From assembly GCA_002306085.1 (NCBI GenBank), contig DBRS01000008.1:1-51399 (forward strand): a stretch of DNA of 51,399 nt. The letters run 5' to 3'. The stretch is from Candidatus Moranbacteria bacterium UBA1362 (lineage in GTDB: Bacteria > Patescibacteriota > Minisyncoccia > Moranbacterales > GWC2-37-73). This document shows, piece by piece, positions 1 through 8,971 of the stretch. The first letter of the stretch is position 1. Every line of letters begins with the position of its first letter. The notes below the pieces were generated by a model. It saw only the letters and a list, made by a program, of their open reading frames with translations. It had not been told where the DNA came from and ran no database searches. The position numbers and the translations under genes were made by a program.

Positions 1-144
1 ATCATTTTGGTTTTCACGGGAATCGGAGCCCTTTTGAGAAAAGAAAAATATTTTGAGAAATCTCTGATAATAGGCTTGATTTTGATGATGGCATTCATGT
101 TGTATATAATATTCGACGTGATAATTTACAGGTATTATCTATAA
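1..144 (+). CDS. 3' end of a membrane protein (partial, runs in from the left edge)
   Basis: Frame 1 is open from base 1 (IILVFTGIGALLRKEKYFEKSLIIGLILMMAFMLYIIFDVIIYRYYL) to TAA at 142-144 and is hydrophobic. Confidence 0.7.
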   Translation: MILVFTGIGALLRKEKYFEKSLIIGLILMMAFMLYIIFDVIIYRYYL

Positions 145-163
145 ATCCATTAAGCTGCAAGTT

Positions 164-844
164 ATGAAATTTATTTCAGGTAAAAAAATACTGCTAATTT
201 TCGCAATGATAATGTTTGTGGCTGTCTTTTGGAAGTTTTTCTGCCTACTCTCTTTTCCGGATTCTTCGGTCACCTTAAAAAAAGGTGATCCCCTCTTTGA
301 ATTGAAAGACGGCGCTTCGTTCACGCAAATGTTTACGGCAAACGAAGACAACCTAAACAAGCTGGAATTTTTATTGCGCACTCCCGGACCCAAAAATAAA
401 AGTTCCGTCAGAATGGAAATTGCTGACGCAACATGCGAAAAAACATTAAGACAAGGGACTCTCAGAAAATCGTTCGTATCCTCGGGCAATCTGCATGAAT
501 TCAAATTCGACATAATCCCTGATTCTCAAGGAAAAACATATTGCCTGAAAGCTGAGTTTTCGCGCAAAAAGCCGGATCCAAAAAAAATAAGGTTTTTCAC
601 GATGAAAAGCGACGATCCGAAATTTGCGATAAAAAACGAAGATGGCAACAATGAAAACGACGGTTTGTCACTCTCAATGAGAACGGTTCATAAAAGCGAC
701 AGCTTGACGCAAAACCTGGGCGAACTCAATGAAAGGATCTCGCAATACAAGCCCTTTTTCTTGAAACATTATTTTCTCTATGCAATCGTTTTTTTGTTCC
801 TGGCAGCATCCGTTTCGCTGGTGGTGATATTGATTGTTATATAA
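164..844 (+). CDS. Hypothetical membrane-anchored protein (N- and C-terminal TM segments, extracytoplasmic middle)
   Basis: 226-aa ORF with hydrophobic ends; follows the upstream CDS by 19 nt and ends at a terminator hairpin. Confidence 0.75.
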   Translation: MKFISGKKILLIFAMIMFVAVFWKFFCLLSFPDSSVTLKKGDPLFELKDGASFTQMFTANEDNLNKLEFLLRTPGPKNKSSVRMEIADATCEKTLRQGTLRKSFVSSGNLHEFKFDIIPDSQGKTYCLKAEFSRKKPDPKKIRFFTMKSDDPKFAIKNEDGNNENDGLSLSMRTVHKSDSLTQNLGELNERISQYKPFFLKHYFLYAIVFLFLAASVSLVVILIVI

Positions 845-876
845 AAAAACCGCCTAATCCGGTTCCGGATTAGGCG
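844..876. terminator. Intrinsic terminator between convergent genes
   Basis: Perfect 12-bp inverted repeat CGCCTAATCCGG-TT-CCGGATTAGGCG (851-876) preceded by an A-tract, which is a U-tract on the minus strand. Confidence 0.8.
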
Positions 877-884
877 CGTGTTTG

Positions 885-1514
885 CTATGTTGACACAGGC
901 ACAACTTGCAAATTAGCTCTTTTTCTTGCTATGTCTGAAATAAGAGATGAAATGAGATAATGGTAAGAGTGCCCATACTCAAGAGGAACCGCAGCCTTGG
1001 ATATTCTGGCAATGTCCCTTTCAAGGGCGATCGAGCTCATTTTGCTGAAATCGGTCTCCTTGAAATGCCTCATACAATGCGAGCAGTACCAATCGCGAAG
1101 CACATTGCCACAACCCTTGCAAATTACCGCATCGAAATTGAGCCACGCGTTTATTTCTTCGAGCTTCGCCAATACTCTTGTCAGGGTTATATAATTCTGC
1201 TCCCCGCTGCTGATTTTTGCGCGCTTATCCAAAGTAATACTGCAACAGGACAAGAGCGCTTCATGAAGCTTTTCTTCCCATACATAATGAGCTGATTCAC
1301 CCAACCTACCCAGGAAAAGATTTGACGCAAAATTGCCTATTTCCTGGTCAAGGTAAATCTCTTGCTTGTAATCGTCTACGATACTTCTGGCATCAGCGAA
1401 GAGAAATTTTTCCAACGCGTCGGGCAACATCTTTTCAACAACTTTCTTTTGCCATTCGCTGCTCCCAACAACCAACATTACATTCCTTTTGCCATCAATT
1501 TCAAAACTCGTCAT
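885..1514 (-). CDS. Hypothetical protein with a CxxC-x8-CxxC zinc-ribbon-like motif
   Basis: 209-aa ORF, strong SD (GGGAGGAG) upstream, motif CKGC-GNVLRDWY-CSHC, own terminator. Confidence 0.7.
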   Translation of the reverse strand: MTSFEIDGKRNVMLVVGSSEWQKKVVEKMLPDALEKFLFADARSIVDDYKQEIYLDQEIGNFASNLFLGRLGESAHYVWEEKLHEALLSCCSITLDKRAKISSGEQNYITLTRVLAKLEEINAWLNFDAVICKGCGNVLRDWYCSHCMRHFKETDFSKMSSIALERDIARISKAAVPLEYGHSYHYLISSLISDIARKRANLQVVPVST

Positions 1515-1650
1515 CCCTCTTACTCCTCCCTTTGTTTTATATTCTGTTGAAATACCGACAAAACCTGTCTTATTCTCTTGTTAAACTACATTTTCATTCT
1601 GACAAGAATAGCACAAATAATAAATTTAGTCAAAACAAATCACAATATTT

Positions 1651-1679
1651 TTGACAAAAAACGATTTTTGGTGTATAAT
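1651..1679 (+). promoter_or_regulatory. Sigma70-type promoter with no sense gene downstream
   Basis: TTGACA (1651-1656), 17-nt spacer, TATAAT (1674-1679). Confidence 0.6.
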
Positions 1680-1701
1680 TATAATATGGACTAGAAAGCG
1701 C

Positions 1702-1726
1702 AAAAATCCCACGAGGGGATTTTTTT
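1702..1726. terminator. Bidirectional intrinsic terminator
   Basis: AAAAATCCC-ACGA-GGGGATTTTTTT. Confidence 0.75.
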
Positions 1727-1747
1727 GTGGCTCAAATAGGCCTATTT

Positions 1748-2209
1748 TTATAGCTTAAATCTTCTCCCCTCTACATACACCGCTTTCCAGCCCCAGAAGC
1801 CCAGGAAAATTCCGAAAGCCAATCCGCAAAAAAGCAAAAGGGCGCAAAAAGATGCTGGAATATAACTTTCAAGTCCCAAAAAGTAGCTTGGCTCAAGTTC
1901 GATACCCCTGGCAATCGATCTTTTCAAATATACTATATCTGCCAAGAAACGAAGCATCGTTCCTGCCAGCAATCCTATGAGCACTGAAAGAGTCATATAG
2001 ATGAATTGCTTGAAAGAAGTTTTGGAACCTTTACCGCCCATGTCTTTTTGAGCTGCTTTTAGAAAATTTTTTGTAAGCAGAACTGTTTTTGCCTCCATTT
2101 TCTTAATCGCCAGAACCGCTGACGGATTGGATTTTTTCGCTAAGACCGCTTTGCTCGCGCGCCTTTTTTTCTTTGCATTCTTTTTTGTTGTTTTCTTTTT
2201 GTTTTGCAT
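1748..2209 (-). CDS. Hypothetical membrane protein (Lys-rich N-terminus, two TM helices)
   Basis: 153-aa ORF with two hydrophobic segments, ending just before a terminator. Confidence 0.7.
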   Translation of the reverse strand: MQNKKKTTKKNAKKKRRASKAVLAKKSNPSAVLAIKKMEAKTVLLTKNFLKAAQKDMGGKGSKTSFKQFIYMTLSVLIGLLAGTMLRFLADIVYLKRSIARGIELEPSYFLGLESYIPASFCALLLFCGLAFGIFLGFWGWKAVYVEGRRFKL

Positions 2210-2311
2210 AATTTTATTTTTAGAAGAATTGTCTTATGAAATTATTATAACACAAAAAATTAAAAAAAGAAATCTTCAAAAACAATATATCAATGAAATA
2301 AAATTTAAATT

Positions 2312-2923
2312 TTAGCAGTCTATTTTTACTGCTCCTTGTCGCAAAACATTAAGTTTTCCTTCTTCGTCAATGCTTGCAAGAGTGGAAGGTTTTGATTCCA
2401 AATTTCCCGCATCAACATAAAAATCAATCGCGTCTCGGAAATATTCTCTTGCTTCTTCCAGATTTTCAGCTGGAGCGCATCCTTCGACGTTCGCGCTTGG
2501 AGCGACAAGCGGTCCGGTTTTTTCAAGAACACGATTTAAAAAATCGTCATTTGGCATGCGAAATGCAAGCGTTCCGCTTTCTCTGTGAAGATATCTGAAT
2601 TTTTCCGAATCGCACTTCAGAACTATGCTTATCTTGCCCGGCCATAGCGCAGAAAGTCTTTTTTTCCGTTTTTCATTCAGCGCTATCTCAAAATCATCAA
2701 GGTCTTTAAAAGAAGATATTAAAACAATCATAGGTTTTTGGGGATTTCTCTTCCGAAGCGCGTATATCCTATCAATAGTCTCTTTTTTAAGCGCGCTTCC
2801 AACCAAGCCATAAAGCGTATCGGTCGGTAAAACTCCCATTCCACCGGACGATAGTATGGGAACAATCTTTTCTATGATATCCAGGTTTTCTTCGCCTTCA
2901 ACTTTTTGCAATTTCAACTCCAT
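2312..2923 (-). CDS. tsaC: L-threonylcarbamoyladenylate synthase (Sua5/YrdC/TsaC family)
   Basis: Motifs PTDTLYGL, K-R-x3-KP and APSAN. Confidence 0.93.
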   Translation of the reverse strand: MELKLQKVEGEENLDIIEKIVPILSSGGMGVLPTDTLYGLVGSALKKETIDRIYALRKRNPQKPMIVLISSFKDLDDFEIALNEKRKKRLSALWPGKISIVLKCDSEKFRYLHRESGTLAFRMPNDDFLNRVLEKTGPLVAPSANVEGCAPAENLEEAREYFRDAIDFYVDAGNLESKPSTLASIDEEGKLNVLRQGAVKIDC

Positions 2924-2959
2924 AATATTTGCGCGCTTGGCTTAATGATGATTGGCGTG

Positions 2960-3247
2960 CTATACAATCATGGGATTTATGTTTGAATGCGATTGGTCTT
3001 CATGTTTGCTTTCTTCCCCACTTCCGCTAGAAAATTTTTTCCGCTTCCATTTGCTGAAGATGAAAATATACAGGATATCCAAAATTGCCAGCGTGTTAAG
3101 AACCAAAAGCGCCACAAACCAGCCGAGATGGCCTCTTCTTGCCGACATCCAAAGCGCCACACCCTTCCAGGGAAATGACCAAAGAAGGACGAGAACAAAA
3201 ACCCAAGTTTTTTCAAAAATAAACTGCTCCATGAATTTTGATTGCAA
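2960..3247 (-). CDS. Small membrane protein, DUF5652-like
   Basis: WKGVALWxSAR...WF...LNTLAILDILYIF pattern recalled from this family; start could be the ATG at 3232. Confidence 0.7.
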   Translation of the reverse strand: MQSKFMEQFIFEKTWVFVLVLLWSFPWKGVALWMSARRGHLGWFVALLVLNTLAILDILYIFIFSKWKRKKFSSGSGEESKHEDQSHSNINPMIV

Positions 3248-3388
3248 GATGAAAGCGTAAATGTGTGAAAATGGCCTGCGATGTCAGAAGCCGCCTTCGC
3301 ACCGTACATGATCATTTGCAAAATGATTTAATTATTTATTGCTCAATTTATATTTAAACAACATGGATTAATTGTATCACAAACAGAT

Positions 3389-4018
3389 TCAATTCGCACG
3401 GACATAAAGTCCTACCAAAGTGTATTGATCAATGATGTGTCCCTCCATTGCGCGTTCAACATCATGCTTTTGTGCATCCTCATCGAGCAGAAGACGCGAA
3501 TCAAAGGCGTAGATGGAAAACTCGTAATGATGCGCGTCTTTTAGATAATCATCTTTGGTTTGCAAATCAGTTTTTTTGCTGTGAGGCGGACATGGCCCTC
3601 CGTAACCTGTTTTTCCAAAACTTGTGGTCCCCTCAACAGATCCCTGTGGCACGCTGTTTTCCGCAATATATGAAACGGAGGGATCAATATTGAAAACTAC
3701 CCAATGCGTCCATCCACCGCCGGTTTTTGCGTCGGGATCATGCACTATAAGCGCAAGCGACTGCGTTTCAACCGGAACATTTTCAATTCTGAGCGGCGGA
3801 TTCATATTTTCTCCGTCACAGGTATATTTTCGGGGAATCATTTCATTGTTTCCGAATGCGTCAGAAGAAAGCCTGAGTGTTTCTTCCCCAACATCTTCTG
3901 CTTCAGAAACCGTAACGCTTTTTAGGAAAAGTCCGTTGCCGTCATGGGCAAAAACAGCCAAATACATTTTTTGGATTCCCATAAAAAACATCGCCAACAA
4001 TCTGATAACTTTTTTCAT
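3389..4018 (-). CDS. YbhB/YbcL family PEBP (Raf kinase inhibitor-like) protein
   Basis: Motifs YTCDGENxNPPL, HDPDA, WTHW, YGGPCPP and HHYEF. Confidence 0.92.
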   Translation of the reverse strand: MKKVIRLLAMFFMGIQKMYLAVFAHDGNGLFLKSVTVSEAEDVGEETLRLSSDAFGNNEMIPRKYTCDGENMNPPLRIENVPVETQSLALIVHDPDAKTGGGWTHWVVFNIDPSVSYIAENSVPQGSVEGTTSFGKTGYGGPCPPHSKKTDLQTKDDYLKDAHHYEFSIYAFDSRLLLDEDAQKHDVERAMEGHIIDQYTLVGLYVRAN

Positions 4019-4074
4019 ATTTATTAATTAGTACCAAGCATAAATCCACTTATTTCTGCCCCGTATCTCCGCTC

Positions 4075-4653
4075 CTACCTCACCATTTTGATCACTGCGG
4101 GCGTCACAAAGGTTTCAATAAGCGCCGCCAGAAACAACAGCGGAAGCACGATTCTTACATATTTCCTTACCGCAAGTATGAAATATTCTTTAAACGGCTC
4201 CCTAAAAACAAGAAATTTGAAAAATCTGTATCCCAGCCAAAAACCATAACTCGCTGAAAGAATTATAGCAGGAATTTCCAAGATTCCATGCGGAAGCAAC
4301 CCTATCATAATCCGAAAAGTTACAGAAGCCGTCTCCCCCAATCCCAGAATTAAACCAATAAATTCTCCGTTACTGAAAAGAAAAACAAACGGGAATATTC
4401 CGAAGAATGTTCCCGACAGCATTGCCAAAAAGCCCTTGATGCTATTATTGAAAAAAATGTAGAGAAAAATTGAAAACGCATTCAGGTCCTTTATATATCC
4501 GAATTGCGACGTGACTTCCCTGACAATATTTTCCGCATCTTCAAAATTGACGCTGGCGATAACAAATCCAAAGATTACTGAAGATACAAAAACAAAAGAC
4601 GAAAATGCGATGCACCAGAAAATCTGCTTTTCGATTGATTGATCGCTACCCAT
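4075..4653 (-). CDS. SpoIIM-like (DUF95) integral membrane protein
   Basis: Motifs IFFNNS, LPHGILEIPA and AALIETFVTP. Start placed at ATG 4653, which overlaps the MGMT stop, rather than the ORF-track 4701. Confidence 0.85.
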   Translation of the reverse strand: MGSDQSIEKQIFWCIAFSSFVFVSSVIFGFVIASVNFEDAENIVREVTSQFGYIKDLNAFSIFLYIFFNNSIKGFLAMLSGTFFGIFPFVFLFSNGEFIGLILGLGETASVTFRIMIGLLPHGILEIPAIILSASYGFWLGYRFFKFLVFREPFKEYFILAVRKYVRIVLPLLFLAALIETFVTPAVIKMVR

Positions 4654-4963
4654 TGTTTTTGATGGTACCTTCTTTTTCCAGAAGATACTTCTTTTTTTCA
4701 CTGCCGCGGTTATATCCTCCGATCCCGCCGTCGCTCCTTATTACCCGGTGGCAAGGAATCCTTGAATCGTAGTTTCCGTTCAGAATGTTTCCGACTGCTC
4801 GATATGCACGGGGATTTCCCGACAATTGAGCGACTTTTTTGTATGTCAAAAACTTTCCCCTTGGAATCTTTCGCACAATGCTCAAAACTTTAAACTTGAA
4901 AGATGAAGGGGTTCTGTATCCCGGCAAGCCCCGCCTGCCGCCTGTCATGGAATAATTTCGCAT
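4646..4963 (-). CDS. Methylated-DNA--protein-cysteine methyltransferase (MGMT), C-terminal domain only
   Basis: IPRGK-x2-TY, RAVG and IPCHRV (catalytic Cys retained); start uncertain. Confidence 0.9.
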   Translation of the reverse strand: MRNYSMTGGRRGLPGYRTPSSFKFKVLSIVRKIPRGKFLTYKKVAQLSGNPRAYRAVGNILNGNYDSRIPCHRVIRSDGGIGGYNRGSEKKKYLLEKEGTIKNNG

Positions 4964-4983
4964 AAAAATTTTTACCTTAGATA

Positions 4984-4999
4984 TATTACAATTGTAATA
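4984..4999. promoter_or_regulatory. Perfect 16-bp palindrome, possible operator, upstream of MGMT
   Basis: TATTACAATTGTAATA, inside a minus-strand TTGCAA-16-TAATAT promoter-like arrangement. Confidence 0.35.
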
Positions 5000-5202
5000 C
5001 TTTTTTGCAAGTTTTATGTTTCGCTTTGGCGCTGCAAATTGCCGATATCACAATTCACTGGCAAATTTGGCAGTACTCATTCTTTCAGTGTTTGCCTGTT
5101 TGACAAACCTATTATATAATTATATAAGAAAACAAACATCAAAAATACGGGTGGCGTTTAGGGAACCGACTGTTTCCTATGATGTTCCCGTTTAAAACAA
5201 AA

Positions 5203-6015
5203 ATGGCAACCAATCAACAAACAAACGAAATAAGCGAAAGCGATAAGGCACATAAGATTGAAACGCTCCGTCAGATGATTCTCAATGCCGAAAAAACAAT
5301 GCAAAGCGCAAAGGCGATGCTTTTGCAGCTCGAAGGCAAAAAGAAAACCGGCCGCAGAAAAAAAGAGGAAGAAACGGACGGTACGGTGGTAGAAGGAACA
5401 TTCGACGGACAAATAATGGTCGGAAGTGACGGGAAACAATATCCGGTCCCCGCAAATTACGCATCAAAATCAAAACTTGTCGAAGGTGACGTGCTTAAGC
5501 TAACGATAACCTCCGATGGGTCTTTTATATATAAACAGATCGGTCCGGCTCAAAGAAAAAGCATGATAGGGATAGTGAGCCAGGACGAAAAAGGAAATTA
5601 CTTTGTTTTCGCAGAAGGCAAGCCCTACAAGGTCTTGCTTGCTTCGGTGACATATTTCAAAGCGGAACCCGGAGATGAAGTCGTGGTAGTAGTTCCGCGC
5701 GGAATTGAGACTTCATGGGCCGCTATAGAGAACGTTATTTCAAAAGGCGGAAGCGCTGCAACAACTTCTCACGCTCACAGCAGCAACAAAAACGACAGCG
5801 CGATTGAGGCAAAGCATAAGAAAAAATTCCCTGCCGATGGCGGTCTTAATTCCTGGAAAGATGATTTCGAAACAGAGAAAAAAGAAAAGAAAGAAAAAAA
5901 GACCGAGGAAGATGAACAGCCCCAAAAGAAAACGGAGACAAAAAAAGAAGACTTGGTAGATGAATGGACATCAGATATAGAAGATTTGGAAAAAGAAATT
6001 AAAGCGCAACAATGA
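5203..6015 (+). CDS. Conserved hypothetical protein (EGTFDGQ...VPANYASKSKLVEGD core, acidic/Lys-rich tail)
   Basis: Long ORF with an N-terminal coiled coil, beta-rich core and low-complexity tail; start placed at ATG 5203. Confidence 0.8.
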   Translation: MATNQQTNEISESDKAHKIETLRQMILNAEKTMQSAKAMLLQLEGKKKTGRRKKEEETDGTVVEGTFDGQIMVGSDGKQYPVPANYASKSKLVEGDVLKLTITSDGSFIYKQIGPAQRKSMIGIVSQDEKGNYFVFAEGKPYKVLLASVTYFKAEPGDEVVVVVPRGIETSWAAIENVISKGGSAATTSHAHSSNKNDSAIEAKHKKKFPADGGLNSWKDDFETEKKEKKEKKTEEDEQPQKKTETKKEDLVDEWTSDIEDLEKEIKAQQ

Positions 6016-6090
6016 TTGATTTAGATTCATTTATTTCATCCTGATTTACGATCAGGAGTTGTATTGTTAACTATTTTTATTCTTTATTTT

Positions 6091-6753
6091 ATGGAAAACA
6101 AAACAGAAATCCGTATCACCCAAAGAGATTATTACCTAAGCATCACGGCGGGTTTCCTTATTGGATTGCTGCTTCTTCCAATTCTCAACGCAGCAAATCC
6201 CGCGCTTTATGATAAGTTATTTTTGGCAATAATTCCGTTTTTTGTTCTTGCGACACCACTTGGTTTAAGAATCGCTTTTTTTATTGGAAAAAAAGTTGCA
6301 ATAATATATCAAATTGCAAAATTCGGACTTATCGGAATGCTGAACACCCTTGTTGATATAGGAACGCTCGCATTTATCACTTTCATTCTCAGGTCATATT
6401 TCAACATGCAGCCTGAAACATCCATTGTGGGAGTAATAACCTTCTATTCCGTCTACAAGGCAATTTCCTTCGTGATCGCAAATATTAACAGCTTCTTTTG
6501 GAACAAATATTGGACATTTAAGCAAGGAAACGGAAAAAAATCCCCTACTGAATTTGTTCAATTTTTTGGCGTTAGCATAGTAGGCTTCCTTGTGAATGTT
6601 TTCGTGGCTTCATTCGTGTTTAAGTTTGTTCTTGGATCACTTGCAGGACTATCACCGGATCAGGTGGGCCTCATCGGAGCGGCTGCAGGAAGCATTGTCG
6701 GACTTACCTGGAATTTCATTGGATATAAACTCTGGGTGTTCAAATCCAGGTAG
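6091..6753 (+). CDS. GtrA family membrane protein (putative lipid-linked sugar flippase)
   Basis: KFGLIGxxNTLVD, NSFFWNKYWTF and WNFIGYKLWVF motifs. Confidence 0.9.
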   Translation: MENKTEIRITQRDYYLSITAGFLIGLLLLPILNAANPALYDKLFLAIIPFFVLATPLGLRIAFFIGKKVAIIYQIAKFGLIGMLNTLVDIGTLAFITFILRSYFNMQPETSIVGVITFYSVYKAISFVIANINSFFWNKYWTFKQGNGKKSPTEFVQFFGVSIVGFLVNVFVASFVFKFVLGSLAGLSPDQVGLIGAAAGSIVGLTWNFIGYKLWVFKSR

Positions 6754-6782
6754 CGCACAGAGCGCATCGTGCATCATACATG

Positions 6783-6805
6783 AACCCCTCTTTAGAGGGG
6801 TTTTT
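6783..6805 (+). terminator. Intrinsic terminator after GtrA
   Basis: AACCCCTC-TTTA-GAGGGGTTTTT. Confidence 0.8.
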
Positions 6806-6822
6806 GACGAAAATTTCGTTAT

Positions 6823-6851
6823 TTGCGAAAGCCTACTCGCGATGCTACAAT
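6823..6851 (+). promoter_or_regulatory. Putative dnaX promoter
   Basis: TTGCGA, 17-nt spacer, TACAAT with an extended -10 TG. Confidence 0.55.
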
Positions 6852-6890
6852 GAAAAAGTTAAGAAAATTTGGTTTACACAAGATACAATT

Positions 6891-8576
6891 ATGACTTCTT
6901 TATACAGAAAATACCGGCCGCAAACTTTTTCGGATGTGATCGGGCAAACACATATAGTACAGACACTTTCAAATGCCATAAAACATGGCAAAATCGGGCA
7001 TGCCTACCTTTTCACGGGCCCTCGTGGCACTGGAAAAACCACCCTCGCCAGGATATTCGCGCAGGCGATAAATTGCGCAAAATCTGACGGCGCCAATCCG
7101 TGCCTCAAATGCGACGCGTGCAAAAACACCGCCATAGGAAAGTCACTGGATATCTTTGAGATAGATGCCGCTTCGAACACGGGAGTGGACAATATCAGGG
7201 AACTCAGAGAAAACGTAAAACTGCCCCCGACATACGCAAAATACAAAGTCTATATAATAGACGAAGTTCACATGCTTTCGACGGGAGCTTTTAATGCCCT
7301 TCTTAAAACACTTGAGGAACCGCCCGCTCACGTGATTTTCATCCTTGCGACAACCGAAATACACAAGGTTCCCGAAACTATCATATCGCGTTGCCAGCGC
7401 TATGATTTTGGCCGTCTTTCGATAAATCATATCACGAAAAAACTCTCCTTCATCGCAAAAAAAGAAGAAGTTGAAATCGAAAAAGACGCGCTTGAAATGA
7501 TTGCAATTTCCGCCGAAGGAGGAATGCGCGATGCTGAGTCGCTATTGTCTCAGGTTATGGCGCTTGAAGATAAAAAAATCACAGCTAAAGAAGTGGAAGG
7601 AATTTTGGGAACAACAAGGCGTCAGTCCCTTGAAAAAATGGCTGATTTCTTGTTTTTAAAGGATGTTTCAGGCGCGCTTGGCCTTGTGAATGAAATTTCG
7701 CGAGAAGGTTACGATCTTGATGTTTTCAATAAATCGCTCCTCAATTACCTCAGACAGGCAATGCTCCTCTCCGTCAGCAGCGATCTTTTAAAAATATTTT
7801 CTCATGAGCTGACCAACGAACAAGCAAAATCACTTGCAGAAAAAGCAAACGGCCGAAATCCCAAAGAAATATTGTCCATCATTGAATGTTTTGCTGAAGC
7901 TCAGGGAAAAATAAGATCAGCCTTTATTCCCCAGCTTTCGCTTGAAATGGCGATCATAAAGGCGTTGGCCAACACAGAATCAGACGAGAAAAGCGTGGAA
8001 AACTCTCTAAAATCAGATTCCAGCCCCCAAAAATCCCCGACATCTCCAAATATTAACCAGCAGGGCTCCCAAGATGCCCCGATTTCCCCTTCTACGGCAA
8101 AAAGCGAAGTTATGCCAGCCCCGGAAAAAAAGCCTGAAATAAAGCAAAATATGGCCAACCAAAAACCGGACAAAATGTTGGAAACTGAAAATGGCCCTAA
8201 AATATCCCTTCAGGAGGTAAAAAAATGCTGGAATCAGGCTGTTTTCGAAATAAAAGCGCTTAATCACAGCCTCTCAGCTATTCTGCAAAGCTGCCAGCCG
8301 GTCAAGACAGAAAACGGCATCTTGAGCATTGCGGCAAAATTTCCCTTTCACAAAGACAAGCTGAATGAGCGATCCAACCGATTGACATTGGAGTCTGTTT
8401 TTGCTAAAATTTTGGGATTAAAAATAAGTATAAAAACCATAACAAACGAAGAAGCGGGAATCAAAAAAACAACAAGCAGCAAAGTATCGGCGACAATAAC
8501 TGAAGAAAAACCAAAAAAAACAAGTTCATTACTTAGTGATGCTATGGGAATATTAGGTGGGCAAATTATAGAATAG
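6891..8576 (+). CDS. dnaX: DNA polymerase III subunit gamma/tau
   Basis: LYRKYRPQ, Walker A GPRGTGKT, zinc cluster, EIDAAS, IIDEVHML and SRC motifs; start placed at ATG 6891. Confidence 0.97.
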   Translation: MTSLYRKYRPQTFSDVIGQTHIVQTLSNAIKHGKIGHAYLFTGPRGTGKTTLARIFAQAINCAKSDGANPCLKCDACKNTAIGKSLDIFEIDAASNTGVDNIRELRENVKLPPTYAKYKVYIIDEVHMLSTGAFNALLKTLEEPPAHVIFILATTEIHKVPETIISRCQRYDFGRLSINHITKKLSFIAKKEEVEIEKDALEMIAISAEGGMRDAESLLSQVMALEDKKITAKEVEGILGTTRRQSLEKMADFLFLKDVSGALGLVNEISREGYDLDVFNKSLLNYLRQAMLLSVSSDLLKIFSHELTNEQAKSLAEKANGRNPKEILSIIECFAEAQGKIRSAFIPQLSLEMAIIKALANTESDEKSVENSLKSDSSPQKSPTSPNINQQGSQDAPISPSTAKSEVMPAPEKKPEIKQNMANQKPDKMLETENGPKISLQEVKKCWNQAVFEIKALNHSLSAILQSCQPVKTENGILSIAAKFPFHKDKLNERSNRLTLESVFAKILGLKISIKTITNEEAGIKKTTSSKVSATITEEKPKKTSSLLSDAMGILGGQIIE

Positions 8577-8629
8577 TATAAAGCACCACATATCAAGCTT
8601 TTAAATTTATAATAAATTTTGCTCAAAGT

Positions 8630-8701
8630 TGGGCTGTAGCCAAGTGGTAAGGCACCAGGTTTTGGTCCTGGCATGCGGGGGTTCGAATCCCTCCGGCCCA
8701 A
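8630..8701 (+). tRNA. tRNA-Gln (anticodon UUG), CCA not encoded
   Basis: Cloverleaf: acceptor TGGGCTG/CGGCCCA, D-arm, anticodon arm CCAGG-TTTTGGT-CCTGG, T-loop GGTTCGAATCC. Confidence 0.95.
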
Positions 8702-8716
8702 CTTTGCGCAAAAGTT

Positions 8717-8890
8717 ATGCAATATTTCGTTTATATTTAGAAAAGCCTAAAAGATTCAAAACTTTTATTGAACAAACAAATAATCTTAAGAACAGATTAG
8801 ACAGACACAAAAAGGATAAGTGATAGCAATAAAACGCAGAAGATCTCTTGAACCGGCACATAGCGAAACTCATAATCGGCTGCAGCCTTG
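8717..8890 (+). pseudogene. Degraded small GIY-YIG nuclease gene
   Basis: Reading across one stop and two frameshifts gives MQYFVYI*KSLKDSK / TFIEQTNNLKNRLDRHKKD / KVIAIKRRRSLEPAHSE, matching the YVYIL...YIGxTxNLxxRLxxH...KxTKxRRP pattern. Confidence 0.7.
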
Positions 8891-8915
8891 ACTTTTTTTT
8901 CGCTTATGCTAGAAT
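8888..8915 (+). promoter_or_regulatory. Promoter for the 8972 ORF
   Basis: TTGACT, 16-nt spacer, TAGAAT with an extended -10 TG. Confidence 0.55.
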
Positions 8916-8971
8916 CTTTTGGGTTCCAAAGTGCACAAATTAAGACAAAAACCTCGAAGGAAGGAGCAAGA

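Noticed and set aside
4646-4963. Alkyltransferase-like (ATL) non-catalytic protein
   Set aside because: The active-site motif is PCHRV with Cys, not the Trp/Ala variant.
5203-6015. Calling this protein ribosomal L7/L12
   Set aside because: It has no L12 motifs; the real rplL is at 12936-13349.
8660-8701. tRNA read as another isoacceptor, or as an attachment site with a duplicated 3' end
   Set aside because: A 7-nt loop centres on UUG, and I found no repeat of the tRNA 3' end downstream.
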